Positions 13,301 to 25,085 of a DNA stretch of 64,000 bases are shown here, piece after piece. This DNA is from Oopsacas minuta. Taxonomy: Eukaryota; Animalia; Porifera. Location: assembly GCA_024704765.1 (NCBI GenBank), contig JAKMXF010000022.1, forward strand, positions 759,055-823,054, written 5' to 3'. The notes beneath the pieces are model-generated. The model did not search any database. It was not told the DNA's origin and saw nothing but the letters and a program-made list of their open reading frames with translations. Numbering within the stretch: position 1 is the stretch's first letter; every line of letters starts with the position of its first letter. The position numbers and the translations under genes are program-made.

Positions 13301-15020
13301 TAGGTCCTCCAAGTATTGCTATAGAAAATTACTTAATTTGTTAAATCAGTGTTTACGTAGTAATACACCATTGAATTGCTCCATTATTTAATACGACCTC
13401 TTTATGCATTTTTACAATACCTAAGCCTGTAACAGTAAAACTTCAGTAAGGAATTTATGATTATATTTAGAGATTATGAATTAGTTTCTATTCTTTTGCA
13501 GTAGTATCAGAACATAAAATCTCACATTTTATCTCTTTTAATTGAGTTATATAAATATTTACGAACACAAACCTGTTGCAGCAATCTCTTCATTGCTATA
13601 GCTTCCTGATCCACCAGCATTAACTCCTCTTATTCTGACGAAGTATGTTGTATTAGGTTCTAGATTGTTTTGTATATACTCTGTTATAGATCCATCCACT
13701 GAGCTTTCAACTTCACAGCTGCCACCTGAAGTTAAACTGTAACAGATCTCATAAGCGAGGGTCTCTCCACCACTTCCAGCTGCATTCCAGCTGACTGCAA
13801 TTGAAGTTGAAGTAACTGAGGTAACCATTAGTTGGAGAGGAGTTCCTGGCTCTTCTAAAATACAGAAATTCGATGTACATCTTATAAATGATGAATATAT
13901 ACTCAAAAAATGTCCAGCCGACAGACTGGGAGTGCAGCGCAGGATTATTTGTTTGTGTTATGATTAATCATATTAAATATGATTCGCGCGGACGGACGGA
14001 CGTCGCATATCGTCCATACCATTAGGGCATCTCCCTCCCTATAAGAGCTGTGCTAAAAAATGCTAGAACGAACCTATCGTTATTCCATCTAATTCATTAC
14101 TGATTGGTGTAATTCCTATATCTGTGAATGCGAACACAGAAATTGTATACAAGGTGTTTGGAAGTAGATCACCAACCACGAACTCGCTTACTGTAGGATC
14201 GATGTCATGAAAAGTAATATTACATTCTCCAGGCCCAACTTTGAGACATAATTTGTATGAAATTACAGTTGTAAATGTATAAGGAGTCCATCTTATTGTC
14301 AGACTGTTGCTTGAATTTACTGTGACGCTTACAATTTGAACTTTTGGTATTGTACCTAGATAGAAAAGATAATCTTCATTAAGATTTGCTATTCATTTTA
14401 TGATTACTTAACATTTGTTATAAATTTTCTATGTTAGATAAATAACTCACATGTTCTGTCAATGATACTTGAGATATTTCCAAGAGCTTCATTCAAATCT
14501 GAGAAAGTGATCAAATTTTGTTCATGTGGCTGTGACGCGATTGCAGCGAGTTGGTCAAGGTCTAACAAGTCTCCAACTCCGATCGTAATTATTGTGACAT
14601 TACTTTGTTCCAATAAATCTGCACTTTCAGCCAATTGGGATATAGAATTAATTTCATCCCTTCCATCAGTGATCTGAAAAAATAATTTTCTAGAATCCGG
14701 CTGGAGATCGGGATTTGTTGGGTTAAATATGTTGTCATTAACATATGTAATTGGTGCTAATAAGCTTGTCCCTTCTGAGTCATATATAACATCTCTTAGT
14801 TCAAACTGCAGGATTGCGAGACTAGAAGTTAGCGTCCGTATATTGCTTACTGTTTCTGTGAAAGTCAGAAAACCGGCTTTAGCAGATCTTTCTACATCAA
14901 TTAATCTTTGAAGTAGTTCTATTACAAGCTGCTTCTCTAGGTTAAAGTTATCTAGAGTTAAACTATCAGACGCGTCTAGTGCGAAGAAGATGTCTAGCGT
15001 GTCTGAACAATCCAACTGAG
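7367..15020 (-). CDS. Multi-exon single-pass receptor/adhesion protein: VWA + about 17 FN3 + TM + 10-aa tail; 5' end (signal peptide) unresolved
   Basis: VWA exon 14451-15020 with intact MIDAS (DASDS, GTS, ITDG). A chain of ~280-320 bp phase-1 exons each encodes one FN3 (W...Y..C...GL.P.T.Y...V.A), e.g. 8961-9254, 8617-8895, 8207-8506, 7842-8138. Last exon 7367-7512 encodes the TM (IAITVLCALLAAMIILAIVMCCIILILAV) then KKRSTVYSAV-stop. AATAAA on the minus strand near 7197-7202. Confidence 0.85.
9752..10721 (-). repeat. Near-identical FN3 exon pair (9752-10015 and 10458-10721) within a 706-bp two-exon tandem duplication
   Basis: 264 bp with one mismatch by eye (tcctacaaac vs tcctacgaac). The partner exons (~10070-10350 and ~10770-11050) are clearly more diverged. 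Confidence 0.95.
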
Positions 15021-15204
15021 CTCTTAAGAAGAAAAATAATTTCAATGAATACATTCGTTTATAGTTTCATTGTTTGATAATGAATTCTTTTCAATTAAAT
15101 GGTTCTAGATCTTTGTGGTAAGAATCCAATAATACAATGCTACTACTTTACACTTTAAAATGTGTATAATCACAGTATAAAGTAAATACTTTGTTCTTCA
15201 ATTA

Positions 15205-15261
15205 CAGCGGAGTTCGCTTATTAACAAGTCGTATTACTAATTTCCCTTGCTAATATGCAAA
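15205..15261. mobile_element. Tc1/mariner(pogo)-like MITE end
   Basis: ta-cagcggagttcgcttattaacaag...tttcccttgctaatatgcaaa. Inverted homologue at 34786-34846 and a related end at about 28857. Confidence 0.6.
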
Positions 15262-16916
15262 CTTCCTATTAGAGAGACTATTTCCAATGCGAATGTACTT
15301 TACATCTCTAAAAAACTTGCTGCTATGCTATTAAATGAGTGGAAATAGCGGAATATCATACTTACTGCACAAAATCTTATTAAAAACAGAATTATTTTTC
15401 ACAATTTGCAAACTCACAGTCTTGATTGTTGAGGAAAAGCCATTAGTAACAGCAAGATAGCTGTTACAGTTGGGAGTATCTTCATTTTCACCTAAAACAG
15501 ATATTTTAAATTTCATGTGAATCTGATATACATGTTCTGATTTATATAGAATTCAGTTAAATAATTTATTATCTCAACCAATTCAGTAATACACATTGTA
15601 TCAATTATCATTTATACTTATCAATAGGTTAATATCAATTAATTATTATTATGGCTTCATCCATTCTTGTTGGAATTTGATTATCTTAAATTATTTAGTA
15701 TTAGAGGATTTTTGGTATTCAATAAATTTCGGTATGAACACACTTAATAGGTAATCGGACATGTACATATGGTTCCTATTCTCTCCTTATATTAGTATTG
15801 GAATTTGCACTAAATTTGAAACATTAGAATTATGGCAGAATCAAAATTATAGTTTGCAAACAATTTATTATTAATATATTACCTTTTTGAAATAATTAAC
15901 TGTATTAGAACTGTAGATATTTCAATTTTTTACTGGTTAGTCAAAACACTGTATTTATATGTGAGCTGAGCTTCAATTGGATTTATAGTGGACATGATTG
16001 ACGTACAATTTTCGTTAGAAATACTGCAACTTAAGCGGTTTAGTGAATTACTTACTTACCCATTTTGTGATGGTACAATTTGGAGATTATTCCAAAAGAT
16101 TTGATGATGTAAACTTAGATGAATTTCTGTCTACGATTAGCGGAGCACATTATAGGGTATCAAACAATCTTTCTGCTATTTGACACATTTTTACTGTCCA
16201 ATACACAATTATTGACAAAATACAACTAATCCAAACTATAGCCTATTGTATAGGTTTATCATATCTTGTTTTGCCAATTTAGTTAAGTTTAATTAGCAAA
16301 CAGGATGTTATATTAGTTAATTAGTTCAGGCCAAAACTGATTACATTCTAAAACCTTTCAAAAACATTTCGTAAATCGATGGTACCCAGAATTATTGTAA
16401 TTAGTAGAATTACATACATATCGTGTCAAGTAATATTTTCTAATAATTTTTGGCTAAATATTGATAAAATTGGGAAACAATATCTTACCTGTTTATGAAT
16501 CTAGCTGTATCTTATTTCTACAAATGAATCTTCAAAATGTATATAAAATGATTTTTAAGTATATATGTAATTTGCTGGTAATAATAAATGAAGAAATTAT
16601 TTCAATTCTTGTGCATATTGTAGTAGACCTTTATATATGTGAAAATAATATAGAAACAGCTTAGAGTATCTCAATTAATACTTATAATGAACAGTTGTGT
16701 AAAATGAGGTGAAATGCACTGATTGTAATTTCTTCATTTATCATATCTGGTAATTCTAGTAGTTTTATGGTCAGAAAGCTTAATTATTAATTAGACTAAC
16801 ATTCTGGTACATTAATCATTTACCAGAACAGCTGTGAGTTTCAAAATTTAGCAATGGCCACCTAAGGTCAGTGAATATTTTATTCATTTTCATCTTTTAT
16901 TGTATTTGATTAGAAC

Positions 16917-17035
16917 CAAAGTTGAAACCGATCAAACCGAATATCAGTATTCATGAATAGCAACCCAACCAAATACTGATATTATTCGGTTTGGACCAAC
17001 CGAATACCGAATACTGATATTCGGTTGCAACCTTG
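16917..17035. mobile_element. hAT-like MITE, family A, copy 2
   Basis: TIRs caaagttgaaaccga / tcggttgcaaccttg. 8-bp flanks attagaac / gttagaac match 7/8. Homologous to 260-344. Confidence 0.8.
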
Positions 17036-20000
17036 GTTAGAACTATATATATATATACAAATTTAAAACAGGTCAAAGAAAATATGACCGAACATAGCAA
17101 TCCATTCAAACCAAAACTTGTGTATATGTTCGCTAACCAAAAGGGTACAATTTTTATATAAATGTCTGGGTTATAGTAGAAATCTCAGAGCGAGAAGGCA
17201 GCGATAAACATTTGCCTTAAAATTTAATCGCGATTATAATAGGAAGATGAGTCGACGATCGAAAGAGAGAGAAGGAAACTGCCTCTTCTTCCTCCTCAAT
17301 GCTAATTAAGCCCTTGAATGTATATATTATTTAACTAGTAAATTCATTAATTGCAAGTTCTGTATAATAGCCGAAGTGAAGTGTGATTATTTATTATATT
17401 AATACGTTAATCAAGTTGCACTATCTACGATTTGGCATACAACTTTGATAATATGACTGATTGGCCCTTGTATAATGTACCATTCGCAAATACAACTATT
17501 TTAGATGTCTACTCCAAAATATGTTAATTGATTGTTAACATTTAAAAGGAGCTATATGATTTGATTTGATTGTTTTATTGATAGTTTACAAATTAGGTAA
17601 TATTGGTCGATATATTACTTTTTTATTGTTAGGAGTTTAAAAAGCAGCAACGCAGCAGATATTAAATAGTTGGCATTATTCACTATTAATAATGAAATTG
17701 GATAGTTTCCATTATTTTTTGAAATATAACCGATTTTGTAACCATTTGATATAATCAAAATAGTAATTACTAGAATTGTTGATTGAATTAGTAAGCTATC
17801 ACTCGTTTATAACTGTTGATTCGACATAATTCTGATCATTCTGAATTGTGTAATCGTGCTCTTTTATTTAGGTTAATTGATTGCTGTAGCCGCACAGGGG
17901 GTACAACTAAACCCAGGGACATCAGAAGCAAAAAATCATTGGTGCGGCAGTCATCACATGCCTCAAAGATGGATTCTGTCAGCTTTTCTATGGATCGAAC
18001 CTACAGGGTGGTTAACAATTTCAAACTATCGCCCAATCCGTGAGTCGAAATCTTGATCGGTTCTATCTATGAACTACCTGGCATGAATATTTCCCCTGCC
18101 AGGTTGCATGTCTAAGCCTAACAATAATTATGTCTAGCCAAGGGCAAATGCTGGCAAATTCCCCATTTCCCCCCCTGGGACCGCCGCTGTGTTAGTCCGA
18201 CCACTGATAAGTAACTTCAATACTCGCTGATTCGTTATAGAGTATTGTTTATTTGCAAATTTATTGAGAGAACTCGCAAAACAACCTGGGACACTCTTGA
18301 GTATTCATTATTTCAATATTCAATCATCATTATTAGTTAATTAAGGCTTGTTGTACTTATCTGATATGATAAGAATGTCGAGAGAGCATATTTCTATACA
18401 TTATATACGTAATTCGAAATAGACGACTTTTGACGCTAGCCTGGCAGAGACAAATAATTAATAAATAATGGAAGACCCGCTCTCCCTCATGAACGTTCTA
18501 TAATAAGAAATATTATGTAATTGGAATTGCCTTGCTTTTGTCGTAACCTCCTGATACATTCAACTAGACGCTTAGCTTTCCATACAATTAATTACACACA
18601 AATATGCCCACTTTTCTACTTGACCATCATGCATTTGATAGAAAATACTTATGAGACACAATTTACGGCAGCTGTGTGTAATATCTTGGTTAGTTTCATA
18701 ATTAATTTCTAGGAGTTATTATTTATTTAATTATTTAACAGAGTTATCTACTTTTGACTACTCAGGAATGTGTTATCCAGACTAATTTGTTAATATCCTT
18801 TAGTTGTAATTAAATGAAATGTACCACATATCATAATTCATTAAGTAAGTAGTCAATAGTTCTAGTAACCTTTTTGATAATTCAAAAGATCTCCCACTCA
18901 GTAATCAATAAATTCTGGCACAGTGTGGAACTATGCGGTAATAGGTGAAAGTTGACTTCGCTATTTACCAAAATTAATATGTGCATTCGATTTTAGACTA
19001 TTTCAAACCTAGAAATATGACATTATTAGATACTTAATGAACTTATGTCTAACCAAAGTATCAAACTTAGGTTAAAATTTAAAAACCTGAAAACAACAAT
19101 TATTTATTCTTCAATACTCTTTGCGATATTTCAACATCCCAGGATTTTCAGTAATTCATGGCATTTATCAGTATTCGTATACATTATGTGATGATTAATT
19201 TTAACTCGCTTGCAAAACAAATGAAATCTTTATTTTTTCATTCTCAAACATTTTTAGCCGTCTATTTTTATCCATATTTCAGCTCCTTGACATACCTTTT
19301 AGGTCCCCGATCTTATAATGCAAACAATTGCGAGTTGAATAGTTAACAATTTCGCGTAGTATATCTTTCTAAATTTCATTTTCAATAATTTCTAGACCCG
19401 CCCAAAGGCGCCCACTTATACTTTTCTTGACATTAAGTGAATGGGGCACACCCATTCGGATGAAATTTATTTTTAGAAATATTCCATTTCGTTAGAACAT
19501 TTTATAATTACAGCATTTCCAATTCATTAGTATCATTTTATTAAGTATCCAATGCAGAATTGAATGCAGTATAGGCATTGTTATTCAAGTTCCTCAATAA
19601 ATAGGGCTGGTTGGTATAAACACTCACAAATTTACAACTCATTTATTCTTGAACCATAATTATTAATTATATCAAAATATCACAGATTACGTCATAGTCC
19701 CATTTCCAGAAGTGCAACTAAAAATCTAGTGCCATTTTTGAAATCTACAGTGTCGATTTACTATTTATGACAACATTTTAACATATATCTTCAGTGTAAG
19801 TACCTATTACCCCATAATCGCCATTTTGCCACACTGTGGATCCGGTTTACCGCTAATTGGAATTACTTAACTGGGTTCACATGAATATGCCAAATTCCAT
19901 CTACAATTGTGAAAATATTTTAGAAGTATTCACATTCAAATATTCAAATGGAGTAAGATTATGTTTATAAGAATTTCTATCTCTTAGCAATATATTCCAT

Positions 20001-20649
20001 TACTTGTCACTCCCAAAGTGGCTTAAACCGAATGTCACTTTGAAATTACTTGAGAACGGAAGGGCTAGATGGACAGCTAAACCAGTCGGTTGGGGAGTCA
20101 TTCTCTGGACTCGATATCAAATTAGATCATATTCTGAAATTGGTTGTGTCCAAATTCCAATTCTCTTGCTCTTGTAGGAGTATTAAATGGTGTTTTCTTA
20201 TCACTAAGTACAACATTTATGTGTTGCAGTAAGTGTATTTTCAGTAAAAATCGCGCGTTTGGGCAACATGTACACCCATGTTTTTTGAATCCTGTGTAAA
20301 TTAGTGAGTACAAGTGATCCTCTCTAATTATTGCCCACTTGTTCATACATAAACCTCGTAATCGTTTTCAGGTGGAATTCTGTAAATGTAATGTAATTTG
20401 ACATTTTACACAACGGCCCACTTGACAGGCACCTGATTTTACTACACGGAACGGAGAAGTTGACTTGAGGAAAATTAAATTTGTTCACTGCCATATATTT
20501 GACTTCACAGAATGTTGTAAAACAACGGTTGTCAAGCATTTGTTAGACATTTCACGTTATGGGCAATCAATTTGTAAACCATATGTAAAAATTCAGGTAA
20601 CTCCACTTAGAAACCTTGCCACTCATAATTTCTGATGCCTTTTGCTTAG

Positions 20650-20679
20650 CTACCGAAACTGAGTTTCTAGTTTCGGTAG
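20650..20679. other. Inverted repeat 45 bp upstream of caspase-NHL copy 1
   Basis: ctaccgaaact-gagtttct-agtttcggtag: 11-bp perfect arms, 8-nt loop. Confidence 0.75.
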
Positions 20680-20724
20680 TTATAATCAACCTGAATACTC
20701 GAATTAGAATCTCTTGTGTGTAAA

Positions 20725-22392
20725 ATGGATAGAATAGTCCAGGAATACCAATACAACATAGGTTCCGCGCCCCGAGGAATTGGACTCATCATCGTGAATC
20801 ACTTTCATGGCCAAGAAAAGTCCAGGAAAGGAGCAGGGAATGAGGAAGAGAATCTGAGGCTTTTGTTCACACTTATGGGTCTGGATACCAAGGTATTCAT
20901 TGAATTAAACGCAAAGCAAATCGAGGGTAAACTTCTAGAAACTGCAGCTGCACCTCGATTGAAAACTGATTCTATGTTCGCGGTTGCTATCAGTTCCCAT
21001 GGATGTGAGGAAGGTTTGCTGGGAGTCCGAGGAGATAAAGATGACTTCATTTCTACGAACCAAATACGGAATATTTTTAACGGAAATAATTGTCCAAATC
21101 TTGCGAAAAAGCCCAAAATACTTCTGTTAAATGGCTGTAGAGGTAATGGGAATGAAGAAATAATTGAAAGCGATAATCTTTCTACCAAAAATATCCCTGA
21201 ACAATTAGCCACAACTTGGTCCGATTTCTTTACCATATATTCATGCGAATTTGGTACTGTAGCTTTACGTTCTACATACGGAGGTTCTATATTCATAGAG
21301 ATGTTCCTGGAGTGTTATAAAGCTTATGGAGCAAACCTCCCATTTGAAATGATGATGCCAATTGTAAATCGCAAATTAATGAAGACTTGCGCTGCGAAAA
21401 CTAGAAGATATCATATTGACGATGTACCTGCTACACAATCCTGCACCTGGGAATCTTCCTGCACCTGTATACTTAAAGTTGTTCCAAAAGACGCTGTAAT
21501 TAACAAAGTACCTGCTAAAATACAACCAGATGTTGATTCATTCAAACTGGTCTGGGCTACTTGCTCCAAAGGATTACAAGGTCCAAACCAAATGAGTGGT
21601 CCTAGAGGTCTACTCATCACTCCCAACGGTCAGATTTACATCTTAGATTCAGTCTCCAGATGTATCTGGGTATACTCCACTGATGGAGAACCAATGTACC
21701 AGGACATCAGTCCAAAGACGTACAAACAGCTGGTGATTGGGAACCTCGGACTAACCTACTGCTGGGGCATGTGTCTTCGAGATAACTTCCTGTTTGTATC
21801 TGGCACTCTGGCGCTGATAAAATTCTCGTTAGTGGGAGGAGGCTTATTGACTCACAAATTTCATGATGTTCCTATTTCTGGCATGGATATCGATGAGAAT
21901 GGTATAATCTATGCATGTGAACGTCAAAGCTGTAAGATCTTACTGCTAGACATGGATTTGAATGTTCTACCTGAAAAGTTGGATCTTACTCATACACTGA
22001 ATCCAGCCACTGACCGTCTGATGGATATCAAAGTGTTGGATGATCAGCTGTATATCCTTATTAATATGAATACATACATTATCCAGATATTTGACAAGAA
22101 AGGACACCATCAACGTAACCTAGTATCCAGTAAATATCTGACAGAGTGTCTCTATTTCGCGATTAACAGGACTACAAAGACCATTTTCGCAGGAGATATT
22201 GTGACGAATGAATTGAAAGCTTTCAGTGCTGATGGTGAGCTAATGTACAAGATAGGAAAACACGGTGATAAACGAGGTAACCTGATAGAACCTGCTGGAA
22301 TTGATTTGACTAATGACGGAGAGGTTGTTATCGTATCTCCTAGTAAGAACAAGTTCATGTTGCAGTGTTTCAAAGTACCTCCAGACATGTGA
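20725..22392 (+). CDS. Caspase-NHL beta-propeller fusion protein, copy 1 (555 aa from the first ATG, intronless)
   Basis: Caspase p20 (GIGLIIVN, RKGA, ISSHG with catalytic His, KPKILLLNGCRG with catalytic Cys), linker IESD/N, p10 (SDFFTIYS...ALRSTYGGSIF). C-terminal NHL-like repeats (MSGPRGLLITPNGQIYILD; LIEPAGIDLTNDGEVVIV). In-frame stop at 20692, so no prodomain in this exon. Confidence 0.9.
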   Translation: MDRIVQEYQYNIGSAPRGIGLIIVNHFHGQEKSRKGAGNEEENLRLLFTLMGLDTKVFIELNAKQIEGKLLETAAAPRLKTDSMFAVAISSHGCEEGLLGVRGDKDDFISTNQIRNIFNGNNCPNLAKKPKILLLNGCRGNGNEEIIESDNLSTKNIPEQLATTWSDFFTIYSCEFGTVALRSTYGGSIFIEMFLECYKAYGANLPFEMMMPIVNRKLMKTCAAKTRRYHIDDVPATQSCTWESSCTCILKVVPKDAVINKVPAKIQPDVDSFKLVWATCSKGLQGPNQMSGPRGLLITPNGQIYILDSVSRCIWVYSTDGEPMYQDISPKTYKQLVIGNLGLTYCWGMCLRDNFLFVSGTLALIKFSLVGGGLLTHKFHDVPISGMDIDENGIIYACERQSCKILLLDMDLNVLPEKLDLTHTLNPATDRLMDIKVLDDQLYILINMNTYIIQIFDKKGHHQRNLVSSKYLTECLYFAINRTTKTIFAGDIVTNELKAFSADGELMYKIGKHGDKRGNLIEPAGIDLTNDGEVVIVSPSKNKFMLQCFKVPPDM

Positions 22393-25085
22393 ATGTATAT
22401 GTATATACCTGTAGATCACTCATATGCCAAGGATAATATTTTGATACTAAATGTTATTTGATTGCTATTCTGTACATAATTATTTCTGCTCGTAGATTTA
22501 TGTTAACTCCCTCCAAATTATTCGTATTTCGGCCAGTAGCCGCGAATGTATGTAATTATATTGGATTATGTAATCTCTCTAAATGCTATGCTAAAACTAA
22601 TCTGCTGCTGTTAGTATTTTATCTAGCTTGACCTGTCATGATTTTTTCATTATGTTGGTTATTGTAGCTATTTTAATTGCACAATTCACCTGAATTAAAG
22701 TGTATACACAAGTACCTGTATAATTCGAAATTTTTATATCCTAAATGTTAACACTATTTGCTATGAAACTCGGTTTATATAGAAGTAACTATCAAGGCCT
22801 TTTATTTGATGGTAAATCTGATTATTTGTCTCATAGAAGTTTTCTATCTGGAGGTCTTCTTCCAGTAAATTCACTTAAAATACTTATAACCAATTATCAA
22901 CTTTATTCAAGGTATTGATATACTATACTTAGTCCGAATATTCAAAGAAGCAAAAAATATTGGGAGAAATTTTGTGATGAATTTTCTGGATATTTTTGGG
23001 AGGATTGTAAACAAGTAGTAAGTTGTTTTGATATCATATTTATTACGTTTGTGTCTAGTAATAATATACTGTTTATATATTGGCTATATACAGCTGCGTA
23101 TTGGATGGTTATACGTAGAATTTTTATAGATTTCTCACGGTAATTCCCCACACATATTAATATGATAATTATATTATCACTATTAAATATTACTATAACA
23201 CGGTAAGGAAATTACCTATAATTTTGTTGCAACAATTGAAGCCTTTTGTAATTTACATTAATCAGTTCAAATATAATTTTTGATTTTTCCAGTAATTAAT
23301 CGCTGATGATAACATTAACAAATATATAAATTCAAGTACTTATAGTAATTACGAACAAATAGATTAGTCAACTTTACGCATTAGAATTTCAAATTATGTG
23401 CGATCAAATTGAGGATTTCTCGTATCCTATGAAGGGGGACTGTCGAGGTGTTGGTATCGTTATAGTGAATCTCTTTCTGAATCAGCGTATTCATAGAGCT
23501 GGAGCTGAGTTTGAAAGAGAGAATCTGAGTCATCTGTTTACCCTCATGGGTCTTGAGGTCAGAGAATACAGTGAATTAACAAGTCACGAAATCGTGAAAT
23601 TACTTATAGAAACTGCAGCTGAGCCTCGCTTGAGAAATGATTCTATGCTCGCGGTTGCTATCAGTTCCCACGGATGTGAGGAAGGTTTGCTAGGAATAAA
23701 CGTAGAGGATCGATTGACCTGGTTGGATACCCATCAATCCGATTATAAAGATGGAAATGACTATGTTCCACCACAACAAATACGGAAGATTTTTAACGGT
23801 AAAAACTGTAAACAATTAGCCAAGAAACCAAAACTTATTCTGATGAATGGTTGTAGAGGTGGCGGGAAAGAGGAATTAATTGAAAGTGATAATATGCCAA
23901 CACAGACTATTCCTGAACAGAATGCTACAACCTGGTCTGATTTCTTTATCATACATTCTTGTGCACCTGGTAACATTGCGCTACGATCAAATATGATAGG
24001 CTCTCTATTCCTTGATGAATTCCTGAAGACATATATAGAGTTTGGCCAATATCTTCCATTTGAAATGATGATGCCAATTGCAAATCGTAAAGTTATCATG
24101 ACTAGTTCGTCTAAGAAAAATACTATTTCAGCACAATCCTGCACCTGGGAATCTTCCTGCACCTGTATACTTAAAGTTGTTCCAAAAGACGCTGTAATTA
24201 ACAAAGTACCTGCTAAAATACAACCAGATGTTGATTCATTCAAACTGGTCTGGGCTACTTGCTCCAAAGGATTACAAGGTCCAAACCAAATGAGTGATCC
24301 TAGCGGTCTACTCATCACTCCCAACGGTCAGATTTACATCTTAGATTCAGTCTCCAGATGTATCTGGGTATACTCCACTGATGGAGAACCAATGTACCAG
24401 GACATCAGTCCAAAGACGTACAAACAGCTGGTGATTGGGAACCTCGGACTAACCTACTGCTGGGGCATGTGTCTTCGAGATAACTTCCTGTTTGTATCTG
24501 GCACTCTGGCGCTGATAAAATTCTCGTTAGTGGGAGGAGGCTTATTGACTCACAAATTTCATGATGTTCCTATTTCTGGCATGGATATCGATGAGAATGG
24601 TATAATCTATGCATGTGAACGTCAAAGCTGTAAGATCTTACTGCTAGACATGGATTTGAATGTTCTACCTGAAAAGTTGGATCTTACTCATACACTGAAT
24701 CCAGCCACTGACCGTCTGATGGATATCAAAGTGTTGGATGATCAGCTGTATATCCTTATTAATATGAATACATACATTATCCAGATATTTGACAAGAAAG
24801 GACACCATCAACGTAACCTAGTATCCAGTAAATATCTGACAGAGTGTCTCTATTTCGCGATTAACAGGACTACAAAGACCATTTTCGCAGGAGATATTGT
24901 GACGAATGAATTGAAAGCTTTCAGTGCTGATGGTGAGCTAATGTACAAGATAGGAAAACACGGTGATAAACGAGGTAACCTGATAAAACCTGCTGGAATT
25001 GATTTGACTAATGACGGAGAGGTTGTTATCGTATCTCCTAGTAAGAACAAGTTCATGTTGCAGTGTTTCAAAGTACCTCCAGACA
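21434..25085 (+). repeat. 954-bp near-identical direct repeat (21434-22387 vs 24132-25085)
   Basis: Offset 2698 bp. By-eye comparison finds only 3 mismatches: 21599/24297, 21606/24304 and 22288/24986. Confidence 0.93.

Noticed and set aside
17882-18189. Possible hAT element ending in cctgggaccgccgctg
   Set aside because: Only one convincing terminus; no matching left TIR or TSD found.
20122-20539. Two Cys-rich minus-strand ORFs upstream of caspase 1
   Set aside because: No recognisable domain or splice structure; possibly a TE relic but unsupported.
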